A DNA stretch of 64,000 bases from Raillietiella orientalis (Eukaryota): positions 1,240,001 through 1,304,000 of the forward strand of contig JAYWIR010000008.1 in the NCBI GenBank assembly GCA_036172245.1, in the 5' to 3' direction. Shown here piece after piece: positions 28,350-41,486 of the stretch (its first letter is position 1; each line of letters opens with the position of its first letter). Position numbers and translations under genes: made by a program. The notes under the pieces are model-generated. The model made no database searches. It saw only the letters and a program-made list of their open reading frames with translations, and was not told the DNA's origin.

Positions 28350-31300
28350 ATCCCGTCTTAATTAACTCGTGTTGCCGCGAACTCGAGTAAACATTTCAGG
28401 GACGTGTTTGATGGAATGTAATCTCGAAGGTCTCTCAGCACGGGAAGATGCGCCAGATCTCGAAATTGTTTGTCTTTGAAGGCGGCTCTGACGTTCGGTA
28501 GGTGAGTTCTGCCTTCGGACGACAATTTTCCAGTGAATTGTGGGTGTGCCAACCCCCCCCCCCCCTCCTTTGACGGTTTGATGCTCACGGGAAATGCTGC
28601 CAATTGAAAGCGTCCGGGGCGATGCTTTCCTTATTTTCCGTATTTGCAGGTTTGGAAGTTTCTCGAAATCTTACGTTGCTCCGGGATCTTTGGGTGCAAA
28701 CTCGCTTTGAGGTCCAAACTGGAACTTCGCTGACGGAAACGTGAAAGTGGCGAACGCGGTAATTTCTTCTGCAAAAATTCACGAACCACGCACACAGACG
28801 AACCGAACCAGAAGATGCTGCTTCCAACCCTTTTCCGTGTGCGGTCAGCATGGCCGGCACGTGGGGGATGGACACACACACACACACACCCACAAGGCAG
28901 CGTGAGTCATGGAACCTGCCCTGTCGGGCTAATTCCTGATTCTCGACCCGGCTGCTTACGGGATGGCATCCCCCTGGGTCCGTGTGCATGTGTTTCGTGA
29001 GGATGGGTTTTCCTGGCCCCTCCAGTCGCTTGTTTGCCGGGCATGTTTCGCTATGAGCACATTTTGGGGCGCCCACCATGTATTCGTGGAACGGATGCGG
29101 AAATCTTCAGCTGTGGTGGGAATTTCAGAAAGTCTTTGCTCATCGTAGGTGACCTTGCCACCCTCGTCTTTTGCAAACGGACTTGCTCCTCTGCATTCCG
29201 GTGACTTGAAACACTCTTTGCCTTGGGTACCAAACCGCTACGATCACTTTTGGCGTGCCTCTGTTTCTTCTTTGTGATTTTCCTGGCGTGGTGCCTTCTT
29301 CAGTGTCGCCATTTGGCTCCCGGTTTATTGGTCACTACGAGTGTTCAAAATCTTGCTGAGGTGCATTCCATGACAATCCCCTAAAGGCGACACGTCATTT
29401 CCGTGTGCGGACGCAGATTTCGCAGACTTGTTGCAGTCTATCGTATAATCTGGACAGTAATTGATGTTGCATATGATGGAACAGTAGAGCAGTAAAACAC
29501 ATATGAACTCACACAACTGAACACTTTTAACTGAGTTTTCTCACTTTTTCACCCAATAGTCACCCAATTACTTAGAAGCTTCCACGGCAACGCTGCCGAA
29601 CGATCCACATGAGTTTCTTCGTTCGATTTTTCAGCTCCTTCCAGCGCACGCTCATGATCTTTCATACTGTTCCGGCGATTATTTTGTTACCCTAATTACA
29701 AGGGAAAATCACTCCCTATTTCCATGCAGGAACTCCCTCTATCTCCAGAAAATGAGTCCACGTTCTGTCGTTACAAACAGACACATCGCCTGTCCTTATA
29801 GCTGAGATGTTCGTGCTTTCATCATCCACTTGTCTCGCTCTCCAGTGCTGTGGCTTCAGAGCTGTTGTCAGGAGCAGTCTGATGCATAAGACTTTCTCGA
29901 CTCGACACCAAGTTTCATCATCACCACTCCCGACAGGGAAGTTGGCTTCCGTTAGAGCACCGTGCAACCCGAGGCAGCGTTAAGCGACACTCACTCACAA
30001 AAAAGGAAGTTGCGTTTAAGAGTTATTTTTATGGTCGTTCTTAATACCTGGTTCTTACATTAAAGAAGGAGGATGGATTCACACACAAAAAAAAAGGAAG
30101 AAAAAGACGGAACTTTTCCCGTTTTGAAGTCAACTTTGGACAACACTGAATGCAGGTTAAAAAATTTCCCGCCTGCCATTGCCGATGTCGAGACTGTTTC
30201 GTAGGAGCTGCTTTTGCATGCCCTCGTCATCTCAAAACCTACGACAGTCACTCAGCAAGTTGTTTCTCCGTGAGTCCAAATCTTCGTTGAGAGTTCGAGG
30301 GAATTTGGGTGCGGCAGCGATCACATGCCGTGTATGCAGACATCATTTTCCCATTTGCACTCCATATTTTTCCTCTGTTTGCATTCTTCTCTGCCGTAAC
30401 TCCTCTGGGATTTGTCAAGAGACATGCCTTCACCTTCTCAATAAAACCTTTCCGAAACCGTTTTTCCCACTGGACCAGAGATAGGAATCTGGATCGGACC
30501 GGACCTAACTGCACGGTGGTAGGAGAACTCTCTTCCTTCTCAGATTTGTGACGGTTTATTTCTGTAACCCGCAAACCGGGATGCAGTCCTGCGTTCTCAT
30601 GTATGAGGTGGACTTCTTGGGCTGTCCACTGTTTCCCGGCTCCAAGGGTGACTCTCCATGAGCGACAAGTCAAATCTCTTTCGACGACCTCTGAGCACGT
30701 TGCACAGTGTCGGGCATAGATAGAGCGGATTCGATGTCGACGCATCAACCAGGTTGACGTCCCCTCTCGGTGTCCTCCTCATACGTTTCATCCCTCGTCC
30801 AGATTCTGCCGATAGTGCGACCTCCACGAACTCGTCACTTATGGCGCTCTCCGCTATCGATGGCAATTCCGTGACGTGTTTCTCAGACGCTGGCTTGAAC
30901 TCCAGCCTCACCCGCAGCATCTGAAGGAACGTCCTGAAGAGTTAACCAAAGAGAGGGATCTTCAGAAATGAGGCACACGGAATGTCATTTTATTTTCAAG
31001 GTTTCCATCCAAGGGAGAAACGAACGCTCTAATGGACTCCATCACATCTTCCCGGCTGGTGCCATTTCTTGAAAGTTCCGTGATCGGGGATCGCTTCCTC
31101 ATTCAAACCTGGATGCATGAGACTGGGATGGGCTAAACATCTCGTTTAGCTCATACCAGTTATGGTTCCTGTTTAGCATTTGTAAACCAACGTTACAAGT
31201 GGTTTGCTGATTCCAAATTCCTTCCTGTACTCTTCAAAGGTGGAATGAGGAATCAAACAGCCCTCTGACGTTTTTAGCAAATTCCAGTACGATTTCTTTG

Positions 31301-34300
31301 TCAGCTCTCTGCTCGTAACTCTTCTTTCATCAATTTTCGAATATCCTGGACAGTCGTCCCATCGAATCCTCGTCTTCTGGCCGCAAAATATCAGGGTCAC
31401 GATGCGGTCCTTTCTCTGCTGGGGCATGTCAGGAGGGAAAATCCAGGTGACACAGCCTTCAGGACGCATTTCGTGTTGACGTCTGCAATTGCTGAAGCGA
31501 CTGGTTTCTAGGCTGTTCAAAACTGAAAAGTTGCTCCCGCACTTTGAGTGACCCGGTCATCCTCACAGCGTTTCCCTCGGAGTCACATATTCTCCAAGTT
31601 TTTTTTGTACTGTTCTCACCAGAAATAACTGAATTTGGCGTGCAGTTCATGCGGCTGTATCCGAGGGAAAACGATGGCGGCGCTTCAGCGACTCCATGCC
31701 TCTGCATGCCCTCATCTCAGAGCGATGCAACTCGGAAGCGAGGTTGTCCGTTCCGTGTAGTCTTCCACATGTGGAGCAGCGAAACAGCGGGTGCTTGTGC
31801 AGGCTTGCTCAGTGGCCGAGGTCCACGGAACCACTCCGTCCTCTCTGTCTTTGCTGCGAACTTCCTCGGGTGTAGAAATGGCTCTGCCCTCGGCAGTTTT
31901 TTGAGCTCCAGATCGGCTTCTCAGTGTTTCTTCGAGACGCGGGTCCGCGCTTACGACATCCACCTTCAGCGCGAGGAAGGAACGCGTTTTTTCGATGTCG
32001 AGTCCTCGGTTCGCCGCAAAGTCTCCTCGCTCTTGCACGGCTGCGGAAAGTTCCTCAGGAAAATTCATGCCGGCACGGGGGTGGGTTCCGCTCCTCGAGG
32101 CGGTATGACGCTGCTCGCAGCAGCGCTCGAGTTCTTCGAACCACTCTCTCCCGCAGTAGCGCTGCTGTGGTTGGCAAGCCGGTTGGGTAGGGCTCCTTTC
32201 ATGTGCTCGTAGCGTCCGGACTCCCTTCGCTTCTTCCTGCTTGTCAGCTCTGCATCCCCTGCCGTTGAGGCTTTCTTTTCCTTCCGTCCCTGTTCAACAC
32301 TGCTCGGCGCAGATGAGGATCTTTTCTGCGCAACCGGAGGGTCCGTCTGGAGCGCTCCCTCCTTCCTCGTCCCCTACTGCCTTCCCAAGCGTCGCTTCAG
32401 GCAAATTTGAAACGTAGAGGGGACCTGAGATAGGATTGTTCTCTGGTCTTCAATGCTATCGAGAGTCCGGCTTTTTCCGGAATTCTCTTCCCTCGATGTT
32501 TCCTCCTGTCTCTGCAGGACTATCTCGCCAGCGGCAGGCCGCCTGCTGTTGCTTTTCCCTTGTTGCTTCGTGCTTCTTGGTCCACGAGGATATCGTCTTC
32601 GAAGAGGAAGTCACGTTGTTGACATGGTCACGCCTGTTCATAATCAACACTTTAAAGTTGGGAGATGTAAGCGAAGTCCCCGATGCTGCACGCGCAGTGG
32701 ATGGAGAGGGCGCTCCTGCTGGCGACACCTGACGACGCTGCTACCGCTGCTACCCTCGTGCTCCTTGCCTGCAAACGTACGTGACCCTTAAACACCGTGC
32801 CAAACCGAGGGCTGGCGGCTGTGTTGTTGCGAAGGCCTTCTAAGACTCTTTGGCTCAGAACGGACTTTTGCATGCACAAGACAAAAGCACTGGAAGCACA
32901 CTCAGAACAGTCCGCTTACGTCTCAGATTTCTTCTGCGGTGACGTCGGTGAGAATTCACCTCGGTGGACGCTCGTCTCCGTCCGATCGAATGTCTTCGGG
33001 CCAGGTAATCGCTCGGCCACATACAGCGGTGGATCACAATTCCTCTTCTCTGGATAGGATACCCTCTCTGTTCTTCTCCAACTCCGTTTGGGGACCTCAG
33101 TCTCCTACCATGAAATCCCATCTCCTGCATACTCTAGTCCCTTGTGTCCGTAGCCTTTCCTGCCTTCTTCAAGCACATTCAGAACCTCCGCTTTGGCATC
33201 TTTGAATGATGGTTCTTCCATGAAATATGAGTCCCGTGTAGACCTATGGCTAAAAATTTGGCCACAGCACTCCACATCACATACCATCATTTTGTTGCAA
33301 GGTTCCCCATCGGTTCCCTTTTTCCCCTCCATGCAGTTTGGTGGCCCCCGCCGAAGAATGCGATAGCATCTTGAAGGTGTCACCTCCTGGTCGTGGGGAC
33401 CTGAAGCAAATCCTAATGACATTCAGGAATGGGAGGGGACACACTCTTCGCTACTTCAAAAACTTTTTTTTCTTCTTTTTCCTTCTCACATCTTTGCACC
33501 AGTGAACGTTTTCACAGCTCCGGAGTTGGCTGTTCTTAAGTATCTTTTCCTCTATCTTCTCACATCCGTTGCATTGCCATCTACCCCTCCCTATGATCCC
33601 CCTGACAAACCTGAGCAGTTTCTCTCTAGCCATCTCAACTGCAAGGGCGACGTTCACAAATGACACGCTTCCGACCTTCTTTCCAGTTCCATGAGAAGTA
33701 AGGGAAGTGTCCCTTCACCTTAAACCCGTTTTGCACGAGCCCTATTCCTAGTTTACAGTACCCAAGATGTGGGTGGAATGAAGGTCCAATCGGCCCGATG
33801 TTCAACCTGTCTGAGTTTGTCTCCGCGAAGGCGTCTTCTTTTCCGTGTTTCTGTCGGCTTCACCACAAAAGTCTTTGCTACTTCGGAGAGAAGTCCATCT
33901 CCAAACCTCCAAAGCTTGGCGGTTCCCTGCGCTGGTAGTTGTCCAAACGCCGGTCGTAAACGTTCCGCGCGTGTTCTCTGGGCTCCAGGAAGGGGGCGGA
34001 AGGGAAGAGGAGAGGGGGGAGGCGACTTGTGCCCGTTCTGGTGCGGTGCCCTTCGTCCCCTTTTTGCCTCAAGTTCATCGTTTTTTTCCAAGTTTTGCTT
34101 CTGTCCGCAACCTTTCTGACTTCTGTCTGTGGTGGTCAGGTCAAGAGCTGGAGGTGGAGGAATTCGGCGTTTTCCTGCTGTTCTTTTGCATCGTAGGTGT
34201 TGCAAGTCTTGCTGCGCTTCTACACCGCCACATTCCCACAATTCAACTCCGGCATGTCGACACGTTGGTTTCCCTTCCCAAGTGGCCTTTCGCAGCTGCT

Positions 34301-36600
34301 CCCTCTGCCCTCCTTCGGGCGACCTCTAAAAGCGTCATCTACGCAGCGCGTTCCTTCGAGCTCCACCGGCAGACACCCTGGATCGCGTTGTCATGGCAGC
34401 ACTGCTGCAGTGAGGTTGACTTTTAGCCTCAGTTATCTGTCTGTTGATCGGGTGATGGTTGGAAATGCTTTTGGGTTCTTTTCTGTCTTCGCTGCTTTCC
34501 GTCCAGCTTTTGTTTTTGTTTTTTTTGGTTCGCTGAGTACCTCAAGAGCCGTTCGCGCGCCTGGCCGCTCACGCAGCTCTTTGACACTGTCCCACCCCAC
34601 TCCACCAGAGGGTGCGTGTAGTAACTCTTCATGCGGGAGGGGATCCATGGAGGGGACCACCCTATGAATCCACGAAGGTTTCGTCCTCTCACTCCTGGGG
34701 AGGGATCCCCGAAGGGAATCTCCTTCCTCATTCTCTCCTGAGGGACCTCCGGAAGGGTCGGCTCCATTTTTTTCCTTCCGAAAGAAACCCGGAAAGGATA
34801 CTCTAGTAGGAATTTCTTCTCCAGAAGGACTCCCCGCAAGGGAACCGCTCCTGTTTCCTCTGAAGAGAACTCCAAAGGTATGCTTCCGGAATTTCTCAGA
34901 AAGGCTCTGCTTCCCTGAAGAGCGCGGCACGCTTCCCTGCACTCTCTGGAGAGGTTGCGACACACGGACTCCATCAGTGCGACGCAAAGGGCCTCCCTGG
35001 AATAGGGAGTCCGCTCCTTCACAACCGGAAGGGAGCTCCCACTCCTTGATTCCTGGAATAATCCGGCCACTCATCGGGGGCATCCGGTTTTAACCGCTAC
35101 CCGTGCCGCACCCGAATGAATAGAAGCCAACCAGCGCCATCTTGCAGGAGGAACTCGAACCCATGACGCACCCCCATCTCTCGGCGTCGATTCTCTCCGA
35201 TCCTTCGAACCCGCGACGCCTGGTGCCACGCCTTGCGGACACCTCAGCAGCCACGTGACTTCCAACTGGGGTTGCGTTTTCTGTTTTCGAAGGGAGCTTT
35301 CCCGCCAGATCGTCGGGATCTTATTCTTCCTGCACGCAGCATCCCTGTGCAGTTTCCGCATGTGTCCGTCACCAATCACGGGGTCGCGGCGTGAGCACCC
35401 CCTGCGCTCATCCGCGCGGTAAGAGTTCAGACGAAAGTTGTTCCCATGGCACACCTCAGAGGTGCCTGCGCGCGTGTTCGCCCCACATGCTGTGCCCGCA
35501 CATGCCATCGTCGATCTGCATGCATCCGAGCAATGATTCATGACACGAGCTGCTGCTGTCTTCCGATCGCATCGTCGGAGCCGTTCGGCGCCTTCCACTG
35601 CTCGAGAGATTCGGATACCGAGACGCCGAATATCTGGTGGAAGGGGAGATCTGGAGCAGAATACGCAAAATAGTTTCCACCCCACCCCACCCCTCCCCCG
35701 ATCCTCCCACTTTGACCGGCCTGCGAATGGTTCCGTCAGTCGCGCCCTCGCTAAAACATTCCTCGGTTCGACCACCGCGCCTTGCCGTGGGAGCTCGGAA
35801 ACACCTGGCAGGAAAATCAACACAGCGCGATAAACTTTGGATGGCGCTCGGAAAATCATTAACGTTCACTTTCCCGAGTCCAGTGGGGGGGTTTTTTCTG
35901 ACCGAGTTGCGAGGCAACGGGTTTCCGTTTGTGCGGCCGTTTTCCTTGAAGTGCGACATGCCGCTTCGGGAACATTTCCACGTTTTTTGATTTCCGTTCG
36001 ACTGTATTTTCTGTATTGGTAATCGATACATCACTACATCACCACGTAATGGTTGCTTCCGCGTTTCCCCCGTTCCGAAGTGACGCTTGACCGCCTGTGC
36101 GCCAGGCGCCCGAGTTCTGCTTCTGTTCGGCACATTCTATGGTTGCCGCATAACGTGGCAGTGTCGAGCCGGCCGTAGATGCAAGTGGATGCAACTGTGC
36201 ATCGGTTCCTCGCCGCAAGGTCTCACGGAACTGCGCTGCCCTCGAGAGGTTCGCGGGATTGGTGTTGCGTTGCAGTTCGTTGCATCCGCCGAGAGAAAGA
36301 TGGAGGATTTTCAATGCTGGACGTCGAAAACCATGAGGTACTTGAGAAGCACGAAGCCCGCGGACGAAGAACTGCAAAGTCTGTTGCATGAAGACAGGGC
36401 TGCTAGTCGCAAAGCTGTCAGCTGCACATCCAGTGGCGATTCCATCTCGACCGCGGGTTATGTCTCCGCATCCCAAGGAGTGCAGCCCGTGCTCGATTGC
36501 AGTGTGATGCACAGGGAGAGGACGCAGCTCAAAAGCCAAGAGAAACCATGGGTGGAATTTCGTGGTAAAATCAGTAGATTATTTCAACCCGTGATTACGT
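28350..36600 (-). pseudogene. Possible decayed or fast-evolving gene for a low-complexity charged protein
   Basis: A chain of minus-strand ORF pieces rich in S/E/K/R/P (for example 30597-30920, 31712-32068, 32456-32728, 34433-35083), broken by stops and frameshifts. No recognisable domain. Confidence 0.25.
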
Positions 36601-38236
36601 GAGGACACTGTAAAATTGAGAAAGCTAATAAATATGCGGATTGACCTTTGTTGAAAAAGACACAAGAAATGAGATAGGATAGTGGAGTGGAAACAGCAGC
36701 CAGAACCGCTTTCAAAAGTTGTTGCACCTTTACTTTCTTGTGAGTAATGTAAAACAGTGGCAAAATGACTTTGAAACTCCTGCGAGGCTGACTCTGAAGT
36801 TGACTAGGGTTTCTTTTATCCATCCCGCCGTACATGCTCTTCCCCTTCGATGTGCATGTTAAGAATTCTGTATGCTCGACATGTGACTTTTAAATAAAAG
36901 CATAAATGTCGTTTGCACTTGTCCTTGCTGCCTTCGAGACGATTCTGCATGACAAAGTAACATTAAAAAAAAGAGAGGAATGGCTTACCATGACATCAAG
37001 TTCAAGTTTGCGGACAAAGTCATGTGCTTCTATTTGGTAAGTTCACAACCTTTTGGTGAAAGGGACGAAGGAGTCGGTGTAAGACCTATCAGAAAGTGGC
37101 AATGAGTGTTGCGAAGAAAAAGTGTGGAGCATTTTGCACATGCAGTAATGAAATCCTCGACACAGACTAAAAAATCATAATCCTCAGTTTGCGCAATTGA
37201 AAATGGTAGTTGTAATTCGATTTTATCATTGAGAGCTTTCATTTTATAATAGATATTAACAGTAGAAAAAGCCTTTTTTTTTTTTTTTCTTAAAACGAAA
37301 TTAGCATTGCTGATATCGAAGGAATCTCCAAACACATGCCTACAAAAGAAGAATCAAAAGCAAGACATCAAAAATCAGTCTCAGTGGTCATTGCATTGCC
37401 ATAGCTTTCTTTCTGTTTACATTCATACAAAATACTTCAGTTGGGAAGAAGAAGAAAAAAATGTTTCGAGTTCGTGTGGTGAACTGATTTCTTACCTCGG
37501 ATCTTCTAGATTTAAAGAGGCGTTCCCCGGTTCTCCGCGGAAGAATTTCACAAGGTAGCACTATTTATCTGCAGTTTAAACATGTTCACTAGGAATGCAA
37601 GAAATGCATAGGTAGATAACCTGGAACAATTTCTCTTGTCTTTAATGGTCCCACAATAGGAAGCGACACTGGTTATCTCCTTGCAATGTGTTCTTCGTGC
37701 CAAACACCTAGGCCCGAAGTCGTTGCTGTTGTCCCGGGCTGAAAGTGTGCATATGCAAGAAAAGGAAGGGAAAAGATTTTCTTTTTTTCCGTTGTTGTCA
37801 CCTCGTGATAGCCTCGGATGTTTCCATTCTATGGGCATGCTGTGAGACTCCGGCATTCATCGAGTATCTTGCCATCTCTGGTAATGAGGTGTTCGACGAA
37901 AGGCGGACTTTTGAGAATGCGCCGTTTAAGAAAAATCACCAACCTTTTCTGTATTTTGTGGCCACGAAGAAAAAAAAATCCAACGCATGCAAACCTGAAC
38001 TCACTCTAGTCACGAACTATTCTGGATGCAACTCCAGAACGGGTAGAACAGTATTTAGCTGGGAGCTCATGAGCTGGAACCATCTTAAGGAACTTTGCTG
38101 AATCATTTCTTGTTTTATCAGGTTTTGCATTTGCAAGTCTCCTGCTGCTACTTCTATTGATGGAGGAGGAGCATCCTTCCTGCTCCACTTTCCCTCCGGA
38201 AAAGCGTCCCATGCGTCTGGAGACCTGGAAGACCTT

Positions 38237-38282
38237 ATGCCTTAGAGAGCTATGCCCTAAGAGGGAGATGCCCTAAAGAGCT
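38237..38282 (+). repeat. Short imperfect tandem repeat (~15 bp x3)
   Basis: ATGCCTTAGAGAGCT / ATGCCCTAAGAGGGAG / ATGCCCTAAAGAGCT. Confidence 0.6.
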
Positions 38283-39078
38283 GCCGTTCTTTCTTACTTG
38301 CGTCATTTTGTACAATTTTGTCACATTGCTGCTCTACGAGATGTGCTCGAGTGACAAAATGACTGCATCATGCACATTGTGCACTGCTGATTGATCCTAC
38401 GGACTTCGTGTGCGGGCAGTGTTGGGTTGCTGAACGGTGAACCTGAAAACCAGTTTTAAATGATCACAATAAAAAAAAAAAAACATGCCAGTCGCTGATT
38501 AACAGTACGATTTTGATTCTGGAGCTACGGGAGACCTCATTTTAAACCAGCAATTCAGAATGCTACCAACATGGAGTCGGCGCCGGGCTGTGGTGGAGTG
38601 CCTACTTCTGCCTGGGGCGAAATGGGGCCGTGTGTGTGTGCACGTTGCATGCTGGCTGCCTTGAGACCTACCAGTTTGTAGGTATCACCTAACAAAACTT
38701 TGGTTTGGAAGGGGAGGGGGGGTGTCCGTCCAATTAATCCTGGCTTTAAACTTTAACTCGCTTTGGTTCTAAAATGTCAAAAACGCTTTATCAAGCAACT
38801 GCTCCAAATCGTGTAAGGTGTTTGTGGCGGTATTTAAAGAATTCACATGGCTATGTATTGATTCAGGTGTTATTGCTGTGCACTGATAAACAAAGTCCCG
38901 CTTTTTTTTCTTTTTTTATTTTCAACAGCTCCTTATCCTGCGCAGTGCAAACATGTCTGCCGTCATTGTGTACGGGAACGTAGCATGGAACATTAATGAA
39001 CTCATTTTCACTTAGCCATCCATATCTGTTTGGCAAACGTTTTAGCTTTTGTTCAGTAAAATGCCTCCCATACTCAAA

Positions 39079-39887
39079 ATGCAAAATTTTCGTAATTGTT
39101 CGAGAATTTTGGGGACGTTGAGAAAATATGCCACTGCAGCGGTATCTGAGAGCACATCAAAAAATGTGACTCTTACATTTGCATCTCCATCGAAGGTATG
39201 TTTTCATGAAGTGCCATTAATCCAACTTTACAAAATCGTGCGTACCTCAGGTTTTTTATAATGCAAATCCCGTGAAACAAGTAGATGTCCCAACATTCAG
39301 TGGAAATATGGGAATTTTACCGAATCATGTGCCAACATTAGCTGTTATTAAATCTGGAGTAATAACTGTTTTTGAACAAGATGGGGGTCCCAAAAAATAT
39401 TTTGTTAGTAGTGGTTCTCTTACGGTGAATGATGATTCCTCCGGTAAGATACATTTTGGAATGATAATCTGAGTTTGTGCCCTATGATGCTTCTTGAATG
39501 TCAAATTAGAAAATCACTATATGAATTATGCATTTTTATTCGTTAAAATATTGCATTGGGCAATGTAAAATATGTATAGCAAAGTGTTTTGCTTATGAAA
39601 CTTCATACTGAAAAACATGCAGCTTCTGTTCTTTGTAGCATGGTTTTAAGTTTGTTTAACAATAAGTGGTTTTAACATTTCATTTTTTTTGTGTTCTTAC
39701 AGTTCAGGTTTTGGCAGAAGAAGCAGTATCTATTGAGGAGCTAGATGTAAAAGTTTCTCAAACCCTTTTAACTGATGCACAGACAAGTGCAGCATGTGCA
39801 AAAACAGAAGAAGAAAAAGTGCAAGCACAAATATCAGTAGAAGTAGCAGAAGCATTAGTGAAAGCAGCTTCAGAAGTAACACACTGA
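39079..39887 (+). CDS. ATP5F1D: Mitochondrial ATP synthase F1 subunit delta, 3 exons
   Basis: Exons 39079-39195 (an in-frame ATG at 39061 is an alternative start), 39251-39443 and 39703-39887. Presequence-like N-terminus, then LTFASPSKVFYN, VKQVDVPTFSGNMGILPNHVPTLAV, KYFVSSGSLTVNDDSSVQVLAEEA and AQISVEVAEALVKA. Confidence 0.96.
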
Positions 39888-40856
39888 AAGCCTTTAGGGA
39901 ACCAAATAGAAACCAATAAAGACAAAGTTCAAGAATAATTACCTGAATTACTGTGTTCTCATGAATTTTTAAAGCATATGCATTTAAAGATTCATTAAAT
40001 GATTTAATGATATGAAAAAAAAAAATGCAATCTTTTTTTGCCTCCAAACCTATGGTTTGTGATTTTGGTAGCAGAAGACCAAATCATATCCAAGTATTGA
40101 TGCATTAGTTAATTTATCCCCTGTGTTTGGACAACTTTGAATACCTGATGGCAGTGCATGGTTTCCTTGAAGGTGCATCCATTTTTGATACCTTTTGTTG
40201 GTGCTAAAATCATTGACTGGAAACTTTTTGCAGATAGTAAAAGCATCTTCCTACTTACTAAAGTTATGCAGTGGTTGCTGATGAAGAGCACACAAAGCCA
40301 TTTTGTTTAAAAAAAAAAAAAAAAAAGAGAAATTATTATATATGGGCTTTAACTGCTCCCACCAAAGGTCCACGGCACCCGAGGTTCCTTGGCAGTCGCC
40401 CATCCAAGTACTAATTTTGTAAAGAAGAATCTCAACATTTGAAAAATGATGGATAAACTTGTTTTCAATCACTGTTATAAAGTGTAAGAACTTGAAATTT
40501 TCAGCAATGATTTTCAATTTCGAAAACTAAATACTGTTTGTTATATGCAACACCAATTTAAAACAGGATTTGTTACAAAAAAAAAAAAAAAAAAGGTTCA
40601 ACCAACCAATCAATAGCTTATAGAACAGCAGTTGCAGGTTTTTAGATTTGGAGCAAAGAATGCCTATGCACAGTGCAGTTTTTCAGCGACCATCAGAAAT
40701 CTTCCATGCAGATAAACTTAACTGTGTGACAATGTGCAGACTTGATTGTAAGATCATGCAGTGATGATGCATTGGTTTTGCAGGTTTTTAAATCCTGATA
40801 TGAAATATTCAGCACCAAAAACCGGATTTATATGAAAAAAAATGAACATTCACATG

Positions 40857-40880
40857 CACACACACACACACACACACACA
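40857..40880 (+). repeat. (CA)12 microsatellite
   Basis: Read directly from the sequence. Confidence 0.9.
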
Positions 40881-41486
40881 TTCTTCCTTCTGTAAGACAA
40901 AGCTGTGACAGTTACTTTAATAAGCAGCTGAATGTATTCACTCTAAATTTATAGAGGGGAGAATGAATTGACCAAATGGTAAGAAACGATCAGGAAAGTT
41001 TGGAAAAAAAGCTTAAAATGGAAAGCATTTTTTGTTGCATCATATCTGACTAACAAGAAACATTTTAATAATGATAGTTTTTCAATTAAAAGGCATATAA
41101 AGAAAAGTAACCTTCGTTCGATATTGTGGAATGTTATCTGACAACAATGGTAGGCATTATTATTCCATTTTCATACTTAAGTTATTTTGGAATTAATAAC
41201 TTTTATAAATCTGTTATTAATTCCAAGTTTGTCAGCATCCCAATCCATCGTTACGCTTTATGCGTCTTCTAGGAACTCTGTTTGTGTGACTGAGGTACTG
41301 TTAATCTCCGTATTCCACTCGCCTATTTCTTGGCTCTCCGTATGGTAATGGAACCGAGAGATGCTGGCTGCAGTGATCGACTTGCACGAGGTCTCCTCTT
41401 GCAATCCTTAGCATATGGCTTGCATAAAACGACTTTGGTATTAGGTTTCAGTTTGTGTAATATGTAAAAAGTTTGTGTAATAATCA

